Source of the DNA: Candidatus Latescibacterota bacterium
Lineage (GTDB): Bacteria > Latescibacterota > UBA2968
NCBI GenBank assembly: GCA_965205975.1
Contig: OZ242195.1
Span: 2,112,001-2,176,000, forward strand
Length of the DNA: 64,000 bases
Direction: 5' to 3'
The position numbers were made by a program, and so were the translations under genes. The notes under the pieces are model-generated. The model was not told where the DNA came from. It did no database searches and saw only the letters and a program-made list of their open reading frames with translations. Of this stretch, positions 29,934 through 40,768 are shown one piece after another (within the stretch, counting starts at the first letter, position 1; every line of letters begins with the position of its first letter).

Positions 29934-31849
29934 GTCCGTACCTCCCGCGCGCTCAAATACGCGGCGTAAAAATGTTCGAGCAAAAGCAAGATGAGCAAAA
30001 ATCCAAGCACCCAGCGGCCGTATTCATACACAATCGAAAGATCAACCGATGGTTTCCCATCTCTCTGAAATAATACGGGCGTATCGCACAGCCGAATCTC
30101 AAATTCCGCGGGCGTTATCCGCGCCAAATCGCTCTCTCGATCCGCAACATTGACCGATGCGATTTGCGTCCCCCACTGATATACGCCGGGCCCGTGAAAT
30201 ATGCGCGCATCGCCAACTACAGAATCCAATCCCTCTGGTCCCAGAACCCGTTCCATTACATCAGAAGTACTTATGGCATCACCAACCAGATAATCTGTCT
30301 CAATCTCCCGATCACCTGACAAATAGCGCAACGTCTCGTGCAACAAAGGTACAAACCGCGGCGTCCGCGCCAGATTTGACCGATCAAACCCCATTCCACC
30401 ACCCCAGACCACGATGCGACCTTCTCCTATTTTGCCTTCGACAATAGCGGGCATAAGATCGTCGTATTTTGCCAACACCGCGGCTGAACTGTCGGCGTTA
30501 ATAACGTGGTAATTCTCATAGCGTACAGACGAAAAATCGTTAAACCGCGCCCCCTTAAAAGGACGAAAAATTGGGTGTTCCAAATCGACCCACGCCAGCG
30601 CGGCATAACCCGCATCCTCCACCCCGGAGACCCGTATATTTGCACGAGCGAGCAAGGCATTCACAGACTGAATATCAGCATCTCGCCGAAGTGGCAAAAA
30701 CAGCGCGCCGCCTTCTTCAACATAATCTGCAAACTCACTTACAGAAACCACATCTTCGGCAATCACCACCGATCCTATAAGTTCCCCAGACCAGATCAAT
30801 CGCCAGTCCGCGCCTTCGGGCACAGCAGCTTTGAGCATAAACTGCGTGACCTCCGAAGTGTTCAACACCGCGATGGGATGTTGCGGTTTGGCAATCCACG
30901 CAAAAAAACGGCGATCATCTCGCTGTAATCCATCGCCTCCGGCAAGTGCGACATATCCGTTTATCCCATCCTCCAGAGGCACGGAGAAAGCCACCTGCGT
31001 GGCATTGCCCTGCAACACCGTCATATCGCGCGTTTCTACCACTCCTCCACCGACCACCAGTTGTGCGGCAAGTCCCCCTTGCCCAGACCAATTTCTCACC
31101 CGGGCGCGAACCCGCAAAACATCGTCCTTTACAGCCCGCACAGCGAGCGCGTCAACCGACGCATTGGACACAGCGTTCTCCCCCACATCCACCGCTTGAA
31201 GCTCAATCGCGCCCGGCAGTCGCCATCCCATATCGGACACCGGCATGCCACTCGCCTGAAAATCGCTGATCACATGAATCACGCGCCGCACCTGCGCAGT
31301 ATCAGCCGCAAAAACATGCTCAACCGCCTGAAGAGCCAAAACATAATCCGTATGTCCCCACGTCACATCGGCGATCTCAATAGCGTGTCGAACATCTGCC
31401 ACATCACCCGAAAGCGGCACATCCACCACGGCCTGCTGTGCAAATCGCACAAATCCAACCCGATCCCCCGGCTCCACAGTCTCCAGCAAGGATTTCGCCC
31501 TCATCTTCGCACGCTCCCACACCCCGTCATATCCCATACTCAGCGAAACATCCATCGCAATCACATGATCAGTCGTTCCCGAAGACACCGCCTCAGCATC
31601 CAACATCATCTCTTGAAAAGGCCGCGCAAACGCAAGTGCCAGGGCAACCAACGCAGCCATTCGCAACAACATCAACACAACGTGTTGAACGCGCCTGCGC
31701 TCAATCACCTCGCGCTTAACATCGGGCACAAACATCAAACTGCTAAACCGCACAGTCTCGCGCTCGGGACGGCGAATGCGATGCACAAAATAGGGAATGC
31801 CAATCAGCGCAACGCCAAATGCAAATAGCGGGACCAGCAACCCCATCAC
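29930..31849 (-). CDS. BatA/VWA domain membrane protein
   Basis: IP..VH, FSSLMF, LAFARP, MDVSLSM, ISDFQ. Confidence 0.85.
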   Translation of the reverse strand: MMGLLVPLFAFGVALIGIPYFVHRIRRPERETVRFSSLMFVPDVKREVIERRRVQHVVLMLLRMAALVALALAFARPFQEMMLDAEAVSSGTTDHVIAMDVSLSMGYDGVWERAKMRAKSLLETVEPGDRVGFVRFAQQAVVDVPLSGDVADVRHAIEIADVTWGHTDYVLALQAVEHVFAADTAQVRRVIHVISDFQASGMPVSDMGWRLPGAIELQAVDVGENAVSNASVDALAVRAVKDDVLRVRARVRNWSGQGGLAAQLVVGGGVVETRDMTVLQGNATQVAFSVPLEDGINGYVALAGGDGLQRDDRRFFAWIAKPQHPIAVLNTSEVTQFMLKAAVPEGADWRLIWSGELIGSVVIAEDVVSVSEFADYVEEGGALFLPLRRDADIQSVNALLARANIRVSGVEDAGYAALAWVDLEHPIFRPFKGARFNDFSSVRYENYHVINADSSAAVLAKYDDLMPAIVEGKIGEGRIVVWGGGMGFDRSNLARTPRFVPLLHETLRYLSGDREIETDYLVGDAISTSDVMERVLGPEGLDSVVGDARIFHGPGVYQWGTQIASVNVADRESDLARITPAEFEIRLCDTPVLFQRDGKPSVDLSIVYEYGRWVLGFLLILLLLEHFYAAYLSAREVRT

Positions 31850-32775
31850 ACACCTCCCGACCGCCTGCTCGGCGTGATCAGCCCATCGTTGCGCCGATGT
31901 AAAAATTGATGCAACGCCATATCTAAGGGTTCAGAACACGCGAACTCTTCAATATCGATCTCCGCTGCCAAACACGCTTCTCTTATCGCGTTAAAATGTC
32001 GCCTGCGATTTTCCAAATAGGATTCGCGCACCTCCTCTGGCACGGCAAATTGCTCGCGACTGTCCTCGGCATCCACCAGCGTCACCGACCGATCAAAGGG
32101 AAACGTCTGCTCAGCCGGATCGCTCACTTGCAGCACCAGCACATCGTGACGCTGTGCCCTCAGGGAACGCAAATGCACAATCATCTCATCTGCCGGATGC
32201 AACAAATCGCCGATCAACACCACCATGCCCCGTGCAGGCAATACATCGCCCATCACCCGCAGCGTCCCCGCCGTATCCGTCTCTTCACCCGCGGGACTCA
32301 AATTGTCGATCTCCATCAAAATGCGATGGCGTTGCCCATCTCGACGACGCGCTGGCACATGTGCAATCAACTCCCGATGATAAGCCGCAAAACCCACGGC
32401 ATCTCCCTGACCAGAAGCCAGCATCACCAGACACGCCGCCAGCATCTGCGCATACCGAAACTTACTCACTTCTCCCGAACCATAGTCCATAGACGCGCTG
32501 CAATCCAGCAAAATAGTAGAACGCAAATTGCGCTCATCTTGAAACTGCTTCACATGCAGCCGATCACTCCGACCGTACAGTCGCCAATCCACAAAGCGCA
32601 AATCATCACCCCAGGCGTAGGGACGATACTGGGCAAACTCGACCGACGCCCCGTGGTGAATACTGCGATGCGCCCCGCCCTGCAACCCGGAAATAACCGT
32701 ACGCGCCAAAAGCTCCAAATCCGCAATACGCGCCAATTCTGCCGGATCGAGATATGTGTAAATGGAATTTTGCAT
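31846..32775 (-). CDS. DUF58 family protein
   Basis: G.HRS..HG.SVEFAQYR.Y..GDDLR.VDW, LDCSASM. Confidence 0.9.
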   Translation of the reverse strand: MQNSIYTYLDPAELARIADLELLARTVISGLQGGAHRSIHHGASVEFAQYRPYAWGDDLRFVDWRLYGRSDRLHVKQFQDERNLRSTILLDCSASMDYGSGEVSKFRYAQMLAACLVMLASGQGDAVGFAAYHRELIAHVPARRRDGQRHRILMEIDNLSPAGEETDTAGTLRVMGDVLPARGMVVLIGDLLHPADEMIVHLRSLRAQRHDVLVLQVSDPAEQTFPFDRSVTLVDAEDSREQFAVPEEVRESYLENRRRHFNAIREACLAAEIDIEEFACSEPLDMALHQFLHRRNDGLITPSRRSGGV

Positions 32776-32786
32776 TAGTAGTTAGC

Positions 32787-33815
32787 CTACACCAGATCCG
32801 CTTCTGGCGGTTGAATAGTCTCCAGCAGCCGATTGATAACATCCTCGGCATTTACGCGATCGGCTTCGGCTCTAAAATTGGTCAAAATGCGGTGGCGCAA
32901 CACATTGGGCGCAACTGCTTGAACATCGCCAAAAGAAACGTGGTATCGCCCCTTGAGTAGTGCCCGCGCCTTCGCCCCCAGCAACAACCCCTGCACGCCG
33001 CGTGTACCCGCGCCCCAACTCACCCATGAAGTCACAAAATCCGGTGCCGCATCCCCCGGGCGGCTCGCCTGCACCAGTTGCACCGCATAACGCGCCACAG
33101 GCTCGGCAACCGGAACCATTCTCACCAACCTGGCAAAATCGAGCATATCTGCACCCGAAAACACAGGCTCGACCTCTTCAGCCTCCATCGCCGTCGTGCG
33201 CGTCGCCACATCCAACTCTTCATCCTCCGCCAAATAATCGATCCAGATATTCATCATAAAACGATCCAACTGCGCCTCGGGTAGTGGATAGGTCCCCTCC
33301 AGCTCAATGGGATTCTGCGTTGCCAAAACGTAAAACGGTTGCTCCAGCGCGTGCAAATTACCCCCTATTGTCACCTGCTTCTCCTCCATCGCCTCCAGCA
33401 ATGCAGCCTGCGTCTTGGGCGGCGTGCGGTTAATCTCATCAGCCAGCAAAATATGCGTAAAAACAGGACCAGGAATAAACCGCAACTCGCGGTGCCCGCC
33501 CACTCGGTCTTCATCGATAATCTCTGTACCCGTTATATCCGAAGGCATCAGATCCGGCGTAAACTGCACGCGCTTAAAATCCAAATCCAAAATCTTCGCA
33601 ATCGTACGCACCAGCAGCGTCTTCGCCAAACCCGGCGCCCCCGTCAACAAACAATGACCGCCGCTAAACAACACAATCAGCAACGACTCAATAACCTCAT
33701 CCTGCCCGACGATCACCTTGCGAATCTGCTCCATCATCCGCGCTCGACCATCGCGCAACTTGTCTATCGCCTCAGCCTCAAATGGCGTTTCTCGAACTTG
33801 AATGGTTTCTCCCAA
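32787..33815 (-). CDS. moxR: MoxR-family AAA+ ATPase
   Basis: GAPGLAKT, RVQFTPDLMPSD, LADEINR, ATQNPIE.EGTYPLPEAQLDRF. Confidence 0.93.
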   Translation of the reverse strand: MGETIQVRETPFEAEAIDKLRDGRARMMEQIRKVIVGQDEVIESLLIVLFSGGHCLLTGAPGLAKTLLVRTIAKILDLDFKRVQFTPDLMPSDITGTEIIDEDRVGGHRELRFIPGPVFTHILLADEINRTPPKTQAALLEAMEEKQVTIGGNLHALEQPFYVLATQNPIELEGTYPLPEAQLDRFMMNIWIDYLAEDEELDVATRTTAMEAEEVEPVFSGADMLDFARLVRMVPVAEPVARYAVQLVQASRPGDAAPDFVTSWVSWGAGTRGVQGLLLGAKARALLKGRYHVSFGDVQAVAPNVLRHRILTNFRAEADRVNAEDVINRLLETIQPPEADLV

Positions 33816-33833
33816 AAGTCACCTCAAATGTTT

Positions 33834-33927
33834 CGAATCAACGAATCTGCGAATCAACGAATCAACGAATTGAAGCTCGCACTGAATTTGGGTGGCGGGG
33901 TGGGATTCGTCTATTCGTCTATTCGTC
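33834..33927 (-). repeat. Second copy of the octamer-arm dispersed repeat (see 6122-6242)
   Basis: Reverse complement: gacgaatagacgaatagacgaatcccaccccgccacccaaa...attcgttgattcgttg. Confidence 0.8.
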
Positions 33928-33928
33928 C

Positions 33929-34783
33929 TCAATGCGTCATCGCATACACCACGATATTAATACCCATCGGATACGCCTTCGGCGCGGAAAAATTGCGAAA
34001 GTACTCGTAATTCTCGCCCTCGCGCTCCCAGCCATCACCCAAATCTGTATTGTGCATCACCACCACCATCAACCGTCCGTCCCGATCAAAAATGCCTTTG
34101 CAGTGCGCCTCAGAACCGTATTCGTCATAACGCCCGGCCCAGCCCTCATAAGTAATCCCCGTCAATTGCCACTCCCAGAAACTCCCCAGACCCGGCACCT
34201 GTGGCACCTCCTTAATATCAAACACAATGTGAAACAACTCGTGATCCAGCGGAATATCCACCAGGGGGAATTCATCGGGCGGCAACACCTGAGAAATCTC
34301 GTACACCCAATTTCGCCATGCATCATCCCCCCAGAAATCATCCACCAGCAAAAAACCACCGCGCAACAAATACTCGCGCAACCCCTCCTGCTCGGACACA
34401 CTCAGCGCCATCCGCCCCACTTCGAGCATATAAACAAAAGGATACTTAAACAACTCGGGATCGTCCAGACGCACAATCACATGCTTAAACTGCCCGTCTT
34501 CTGTGCGATTGACATTGAGCGTTGTAATTTGAGATAGCCGCAGTGAAAAATTCTCATCCGACTCGGGATAATCCACCGACCAACTGCCCCGCCGCCGTCG
34601 ATATCCCCAATCATCATCACCCGTATAATTCGAATACTCAATGCGGCAAAACGTAAACGTATTGCCCGGAAAAATATCGCGTTCCATCCGCTCAAGAGGG
34701 CCTCGCCGTCTGCGCCCGAACTGTGCATCGACATCCCACTCGGGCATCAACAGCACCAAAAAACACGCCAGTAAAATCCTCAT
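33929..34783 (-). CDS. DUF4159 domain protein
   Basis: W..DYP.SD, YPFVY, LR.YL..GGFL.VDDF, NTDLGDGWE, MGINIVVYAMTH. Confidence 0.85.
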   Translation of the reverse strand: MRILLACFLVLLMPEWDVDAQFGRRRRGPLERMERDIFPGNTFTFCRIEYSNYTGDDDWGYRRRRGSWSVDYPESDENFSLRLSQITTLNVNRTEDGQFKHVIVRLDDPELFKYPFVYMLEVGRMALSVSEQEGLREYLLRGGFLLVDDFWGDDAWRNWVYEISQVLPPDEFPLVDIPLDHELFHIVFDIKEVPQVPGLGSFWEWQLTGITYEGWAGRYDEYGSEAHCKGIFDRDGRLMVVVMHNTDLGDGWEREGENYEYFRNFSAPKAYPMGINIVVYAMTH

Positions 34784-34819
34784 TGTAAAACCTCCAACCA
34801 GTCCCCAACCCCTTATCTT

Positions 34820-37282
34820 TTATCTGTGTCCATCTGCGTTCATCTGCGGATACTTTGCATCCACCAATTCCAACAACAACTGTTGCGCATCCCAAAAATG
34901 CGGCATGGTTTCCAACAGCGCGAGCACCTCGGCTTTTGCAGCCACAACCTCACCCTTTTTTGCCAGAGCCTCCGCCAGATTGAGCCGATGCGCGGCTCGC
35001 CCCGGTACATCCAGATAAATCAACCGACGCCAATCGGCAATAGCCGCATCCCAGTCCGCTAACATCTCGTGTACCTCTGCTCTTCGCGCCAGAATCTCAA
35101 CCTGAAACGGACGCACCGCCAATGCCCGCTCCAGCACCGCAAGCGCAGCCGTCCAGTCTTTATCCTCCACATAAAATCCACTCAATGCCAGACAGGCTTC
35201 AGGCGCCTTCGCATCCCATTCAACGAGCTTTTTCAAGGCTTTGCGATGCCACTTTGGGTCCCCACGCACCACCCCTGCATCCGCCCATAGCCGCAAAGGC
35301 GCATCTTCCGCAACATAGTCTGGATACAGAGCATACGCTTTGAGAAAAAATCGCTCTGCATCCGCCCAGTTCTCTGCCTCAACTGCCTCTTTCCCTGCAT
35401 TTAATTTCTGGCGAAACTCCGAATTTTTGGACATAGCCTTGAGAGGCGCACATCGATTCCCCAGATATTCCATAAACCGCTCATCCATAAGACGGGCAGA
35501 AACACCACTGGCCGAAATCAACGCCTCAACAGCCTCCATACCATCGCCAATGCGGTCGAGTGCCTTCACCAATGCATCGTGGCCGTAGTGATTCACGTAA
35601 AAAGCCACAAACTCGCCCGATACAAAATACCCATACATCAGATGCATCGGCGTTTCTGGATCCGTAAAAAACCGCCCGAGATCGCCTACAGCCGGAAATC
35701 CCTCGCCATCCACAATATGCTTAAAATTTGGACTCAGCCGCTGTCCCCACGACACATCTTTTTGCGTCTCTTCATAGACCGAAATCCCCTCTGACAACCA
35801 GCGCGGCATGCGATTGTGGGTCTTTTGCAGCGTAATCACATGTACAAACTCGTGCCACAACACCTGTTGCCAGTTCATCGTGCCAGGTGGTCGCGCCCGA
35901 GGGGAATCCATCGTGACCAACCGCCCAAAACAAATGCCCAAATGCCCCGCATTGCCCGGCAGCCCAACCGACCGCACCATAAACACATCGTGATCGTCAA
36001 ATACCTGCACCACCACGGGCGTGTGCAATTCAATATTGTATTTTCTCTGATAGTACAAAGCCGCTTCATTGAGCAGACCCAACAATCCATCGGACATCAC
36101 CTCGGCTTCTTGTCTGGGCAATTGCAACTTGAAAATACCCCGCGATATCGTCACAAAACCATCGATCGCATCGGCAGCCTCGAGCAAATTATACGCCCGC
36201 ACGCTATATGGATCAGCCGCAAAAACACGCTCCAACTCGCTTCGCGCCTCGGCATCTTTTCCCAACCGCAACAAATCATACGCCAACAGCAAACGCGCCT
36301 CAACATCTTTTGCATCAATTTCCAATGCACGCGCTTGAAAAGCACGCCCTTCTTCAAACCGGTATTGCCGAGACGCAATGCGCCCGGGAATGCGAAAAGC
36401 ACCTGAAAAATACCCATTAAAAGCCAATGCCCGTTCCTGCATTTTTTCCATCGTTGCCGAATCGTCCAATAAAAAAAACGCCGCTGCCTTTAACCCCAGC
36501 GCTTTCAGGTGGTTTGGATTAACAGACAGGATAGAATCCAGCACCGCAAGCGCGGCATGTGACTCATTGCGACCCAACAATTGCTCGGCTTGCAACCGCC
36601 GGACCTCCAGATGATTCGGATTGAGGGCGAAAAGTTGCGCCATCACTTCCAAAACCCGATCATCGCCCGCGTGGTAATAACACCACATCAACCCCGCCAA
36701 AGCCTCCTGATTTTCGGGATCCAACGCAAGCGCTGCACCGTATTTCTCGGCCGCCACATCAAAAGCGCGTTTGTCCAGAGATAGCTTACCCGCCGCAATA
36801 AACACAGGCACGCTATTGGGAAATGCCTGAGCCATCAAATTGTAAAATCGCAACAGCGATTTTGGATCTTCGCCCTTCAACTCGCGCAGCCGCGCAGCCG
36901 CGAGAAAATCATCGACATCAGGGCGATATTCCGACAACAATTGCACCTGGCGCTCGGCCTTCATCAATGCCAGACCATAATCGCCCATCCGACCGCGCAT
37001 GCGGTACAACTCGACCAATCGCACGGACACATCGGGCGAACTTGTCGAAAGCCCTTCCAATTGCGCGATCGCTTCGTCAACGCGACCTGTCAACACCAGC
37101 AATTCGGCATAATCTCGCCGCGTTGACCGCGGATGATAAGACGCCCGCTCGAGCACTTTCACCGCCTCGGTATAATCGCCCCGCGCCCACAACGTGCGAT
37201 AATCCGTCTCTTGCCCCCACGCGCTTTCCGAAACAAGGCCAAAAAGGAGGGCACAGGTTAAATATGTAATTCGAGAAAGCAT
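34820..37282 (-). CDS. TPR protein with peptidase MA-like HExxH domain
   Basis: TPR repeats; VLWHEFVH...PRWLSEGISVYEE. Confidence 0.8.
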   Translation of the reverse strand: MLSRITYLTCALLFGLVSESAWGQETDYRTLWARGDYTEAVKVLERASYHPRSTRRDYAELLVLTGRVDEAIAQLEGLSTSSPDVSVRLVELYRMRGRMGDYGLALMKAERQVQLLSEYRPDVDDFLAAARLRELKGEDPKSLLRFYNLMAQAFPNSVPVFIAAGKLSLDKRAFDVAAEKYGAALALDPENQEALAGLMWCYYHAGDDRVLEVMAQLFALNPNHLEVRRLQAEQLLGRNESHAALAVLDSILSVNPNHLKALGLKAAAFFLLDDSATMEKMQERALAFNGYFSGAFRIPGRIASRQYRFEEGRAFQARALEIDAKDVEARLLLAYDLLRLGKDAEARSELERVFAADPYSVRAYNLLEAADAIDGFVTISRGIFKLQLPRQEAEVMSDGLLGLLNEAALYYQRKYNIELHTPVVVQVFDDHDVFMVRSVGLPGNAGHLGICFGRLVTMDSPRARPPGTMNWQQVLWHEFVHVITLQKTHNRMPRWLSEGISVYEETQKDVSWGQRLSPNFKHIVDGEGFPAVGDLGRFFTDPETPMHLMYGYFVSGEFVAFYVNHYGHDALVKALDRIGDGMEAVEALISASGVSARLMDERFMEYLGNRCAPLKAMSKNSEFRQKLNAGKEAVEAENWADAERFFLKAYALYPDYVAEDAPLRLWADAGVVRGDPKWHRKALKKLVEWDAKAPEACLALSGFYVEDKDWTAALAVLERALAVRPFQVEILARRAEVHEMLADWDAAIADWRRLIYLDVPGRAAHRLNLAEALAKKGEVVAAKAEVLALLETMPHFWDAQQLLLELVDAKYPQMNADGHR

Positions 37283-37353
37283 AAGAATACACTACACTTT
37301 GCATTTTAAGGTTTGCATATAAATTTCGACCTTGATATCATCAGGTTTGTTCC

Positions 37354-37387
37354 CTTCACACTTCACACTTCACACTTCTCATCTCAC
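37354..37387 (+). repeat. 7-mer tandem repeat (CTTCACA)n
   Basis: cttcaca x3 followed by degenerate units. Confidence 0.7.
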
Positions 37388-38355
37388 CTATTATACGGAA
37401 AATGCCCCCCGCGCACATTGCGCCACACCGCGTCGCAAGCCCTTAACACATCCTCATCCAAACGCCCATCTGCGGCCTGAATATTGTGCGTCAGATATTC
37501 CAACTTGCTCGCGCCCAAAATCATCGAATCGACAATTGACTGAGACATCAGCCATTGCAAAGACAATTCAATCATCGTCTTGCCCGCATTATGTGCAATC
37601 TGCTTCAATTCATCAAGCGCGTCAAAATTGCGATCATACCAGAACCTGCCGTAATAATCCCGATTCAAATCGAAACGCGTACCCTCTGCCGGTTCAGTAC
37701 CCCGCGTGTGTTTGCCCGTCAGCATACCCGCTGCAAGCGGATTATATACAGCCATCCCAATATTCATTTCACGACTAAACGCAACGCACTCCTCATCGAT
37801 ACTCCGCGTAATCAAATTATAGGGCACCTGCAAAACCACAGGCGGCGCCCAATTATTCACATCGCATTTCCAAAGCGCTTTCATCACCTGCCACGAAGCG
37901 AAATTCGACATCCCCACATATATGATCTTGCCCTGTTGTACCAAAGTGTCAAACGCCGCCATCGTCTCTTCAAGAGGCGTATTCCAATCGGGCTTGTGCA
38001 AATACAAAATATCCAGACAATCGGTCTGCAACCGCTTCAAACACGCTTCCACTCCTCGAATCACATGCCAGCGGTGCAACCCCTGATCCTTAATCTCGTC
38101 CTCCCCGACAAAATTGGCGATCTTGCTCGCCAGAACCACCCGATCGCGTTTGCCCTTGAGTGCCTTACCCACAATTTCCTCGGACACGCCATTCACATAA
38201 GTATCAGCCGTATCGATAAAATTCACACCGGCATCCAGAGCCGTATCCACCATGCGAATAGACGTAGCCTCATCGGCCTGATCTCCAAATGTCATCGCTC
38301 CCAAACATATACGCGACACGCGAATACCCGTCCCTCTCAAAATGCTATACTCCAT
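37384..38355 (-). CDS. Aldo/keto reductase
   Basis: CLGAMTFG, DTADTY, YLHKPD, GMSNF, YNPLAAG.LTGK. Confidence 0.92.
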   Translation of the reverse strand: MEYSILRGTGIRVSRICLGAMTFGDQADEATSIRMVDTALDAGVNFIDTADTYVNGVSEEIVGKALKGKRDRVVLASKIANFVGEDEIKDQGLHRWHVIRGVEACLKRLQTDCLDILYLHKPDWNTPLEETMAAFDTLVQQGKIIYVGMSNFASWQVMKALWKCDVNNWAPPVVLQVPYNLITRSIDEECVAFSREMNIGMAVYNPLAAGMLTGKHTRGTEPAEGTRFDLNRDYYGRFWYDRNFDALDELKQIAHNAGKTMIELSLQWLMSQSIVDSMILGASKLEYLTHNIQAADGRLDEDVLRACDAVWRNVRGGHFPYNR

Positions 38356-38445
38356 CTCTCCTCCTAACAGTTGCTTGTGCAATCTTTTTCCTTATCTTTA
38401 CTTATCGCTATAACATAACACCGTTTCGTGACTTCGCAATATACT

Positions 38446-38619
38446 ATGATCTGGCTCTTCATCTTTATTTTTCTCGCATTTTGGGTCTATATGGGTATTG
38501 AACTCTACCTGTATTTTCGCAAACCCAAAAATACTGACAATTGGGACGACATGTCCGAATGGGCGTGGCGGCGCACAGTTCGCAAAGCCATCAACGAAAT
38601 GTTAAAAGAGAAGCAGTAG
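38446..38619 (+). CDS. Small single-TM hypothetical protein
   Basis: Hydrophobic N-terminus; ends 13 bp before ctaA. Confidence 0.45.
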   Translation: MIWLFIFIFLAFWVYMGIELYLYFRKPKNTDNWDDMSEWAWRRTVRKAINEMLKEKQ

Positions 38620-38631
38620 TCAGCAGGTTTT

Positions 38632-39573
38632 ATGAACGCATTCCAAAAAACCGCCATCACCACCCTCGTTGCGATCCTCTTGCTCATCGGCGTTGGCAGT
38701 CTCGTGCGCGTTTCAGGTGCGGGCCTGGGATGTCCCGACTGGCCTCGATGCTGGGGCTGCTGGTTCCCGCCCTCGAGTATTGACGACATCGACCGGGTCT
38801 ATCTCGCAGAACGCGGACTAAATATCGAAGACTTCAACCCGGTCAAAATGTGGATCGAATACATCAACCGCCTCATCGGCATGATCATCGGCCTGCTGGT
38901 CATCGCCACCTTTTTGCGCGCCATCCCATATCGAAAAACACATCCCGCCATCTTCTACGGATCGCTAATAGCCGTCTTCCTCGTCGGCTTTGAAGGCTGG
39001 CTCGGCGGGCAAGTCGTACAATCCGGTCTCAAACCCGGCATGATCACCCTGCACATGGCAGGCGCGATGGTACTCTTATGCCTGTTGCTCTACGTCACAT
39101 TTCGCGCCGTTGACATCCGCCTTCCCGCCACATTGCCCACCCCCAAATTACTCGCCCGCCTCTCGGCCATGCTCTTTATCATCGTATGCCTTCAAATGCT
39201 ACTCGGCACACAGGTGCGCGAAGCCATCGATCCCTACATCAAAAACAGCGAGGGCGTCGCTCGCAGTGCATGGATCGCCAATATTGGCCTTATGGATCAC
39301 ATCCACCGCTCCTTCACCTGGGTGGTAATTGCCGTTGCCGCTTATCTCATCTATATCATACACAAAAATGCAATAGGAGGCTTGCTCAAAGTGAGCAGCC
39401 ACCTCGCATTCGCCCTCATTCTGTTTCAAGCAGCCACTGGCATTGCCCTGGCTTATGGCGGATTACCCCGCGTATTTCAAGTACTCCATCTCGTAACCGC
39501 AGCCCTGCTAATCTGCGCGGTCTATACGCTTTGGCTCACACTGAGAACCATCAACACAAGGAGGTCTTCATGA
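38632..39573 (+). CDS. ctaA: Heme A synthase (COX15/CtaA)
   Basis: GSLVR..GAGLGCPDWP.C.G, WIEYINR, TLH, HR, LH; eight TMs. Confidence 0.88.
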   Translation: MNAFQKTAITTLVAILLLIGVGSLVRVSGAGLGCPDWPRCWGCWFPPSSIDDIDRVYLAERGLNIEDFNPVKMWIEYINRLIGMIIGLLVIATFLRAIPYRKTHPAIFYGSLIAVFLVGFEGWLGGQVVQSGLKPGMITLHMAGAMVLLCLLLYVTFRAVDIRLPATLPTPKLLARLSAMLFIIVCLQMLLGTQVREAIDPYIKNSEGVARSAWIANIGLMDHIHRSFTWVVIAVAAYLIYIIHKNAIGGLLKVSSHLAFALILFQAATGIALAYGGLPRVFQVLHLVTAALLICAVYTLWLTLRTINTRRSS

Positions 39574-40529
39574 AAATTTCCGTCTGGCACCGCGAACTCT
39601 CCGATTCGTATCTGCGATTTGTCACCCAACTCGGCGCTGACGCCCTCGATTTTGGAACTGATACGGACATTCCCGGCGTTGCAGAACAGGGGTATCCCGA
39701 CCTGGATGAACTTCTAAAAGTGAAGAAAAAAATCCAGTCCTGGGGCCTGTCGATCAACCGCGTCAGCCTGCCAAATATCACGGAAAAATTTATGACTGAT
39801 CAGCCCGGCGGCGAAAAAGAACTCGAAAATACCTGTACGGCACTGCGCATACTTGGCGAAGCAGGCGTACCCATTGCCCGACAGCGATTCTGGGGCGACA
39901 CCTTTAACGAACTCATGTTTCGCTACCGATCTGAACACCGCGGAGGATATCTCTCGCGCGGCGAAAGTCAGGCATTGACCAATCCCGTGCCCGAAACACC
40001 CGATTACGAAGCCCTGCAAGACTGGTGGAAACACTTCTGCATCGTCTATGAAAACCTCGTGCCCATAGCCGAAGAAACCGGGATTAAGCTCGCCATTCAC
40101 CCCTCCGACTCTCCCAACCCGGACACCCCATTCGGCGGCCTGGGATTTCACCGCGTCATCGACGCCTTTCCCAGCGCACAAGTGGGCTACCTCTACTGCT
40201 GTGGCACCCGCGCCGAAGCCGGTGGCTCACCGCTCGTCCTCGACGAAATTAACAACTACGGCCGCAAAGGTCGCATCTTTATGGTACACTTCCGCAATGT
40301 GCGCGGCTCATTCGCCACAGCCCGCGGTTTTGAAGAAACCCTGCTCGACGACGGCGACATGAACATGTTTAAGCTCTTGCTCGAACTCAACCGCGTGGGC
40401 TTTGATGGCTGCCTGAATCCCGACCACATTCCCGGACTCGAAGGCGACAACGCACCCATCACTGGCGGACTGGCTTACTCCGTGGGCTATATCAAAGCAC
40501 TATTCGCCGCCCTCGCTGCCCTGCCATAA
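39570..40529 (+). CDS. uxuA: Mannonate dehydratase-like protein
   Basis: PIAEETGIKLAIHPSD, VHFRNVRG, F.E...DDGD, PDH. Confidence 0.75.
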   Translation: MKISVWHRELSDSYLRFVTQLGADALDFGTDTDIPGVAEQGYPDLDELLKVKKKIQSWGLSINRVSLPNITEKFMTDQPGGEKELENTCTALRILGEAGVPIARQRFWGDTFNELMFRYRSEHRGGYLSRGESQALTNPVPETPDYEALQDWWKHFCIVYENLVPIAEETGIKLAIHPSDSPNPDTPFGGLGFHRVIDAFPSAQVGYLYCCGTRAEAGGSPLVLDEINNYGRKGRIFMVHFRNVRGSFATARGFEETLLDDGDMNMFKLLLELNRVGFDGCLNPDHIPGLEGDNAPITGGLAYSVGYIKALFAALAALP

Positions 40530-40606
40530 TGCGGAGGCTGCGACGCGCTCACCGTCTTGACAACCCATAAGCGATTTGATATATTTGCCTTCACACTGGA
40601 TCGGGT

Positions 40607-40693
40607 GCCGAAGTGATGGAATTGGTAGACGTGCGGCGTTCAGGGCGCCGTGGGCTTAGGCCCGTGTGGGTTCGAATCCCACCTTCGGCACCA
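40607..40693 (+). tRNA. tRNA-Leu(CAG)
   Basis: GCCGAAG...GGTAGAC...TTCAGGG...GGTTCGAATCC...CTTCGGCACCA. Confidence 0.95.
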
Positions 40694-40712
40694 TAAATTC
40701 TCACATAGAACA

Positions 40713-40748
40713 CAGAAAGGGTTATGCCGCTCGGCATAACCCTTTTTT
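40713..40748 (+). terminator. Terminator after tRNA-Leu
   Basis: aaagggttatgccg-ct-cggcataaccc-tttttt. Confidence 0.8.
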
Positions 40749-40768
40749 ATACACAACGGAGCGCGAGG

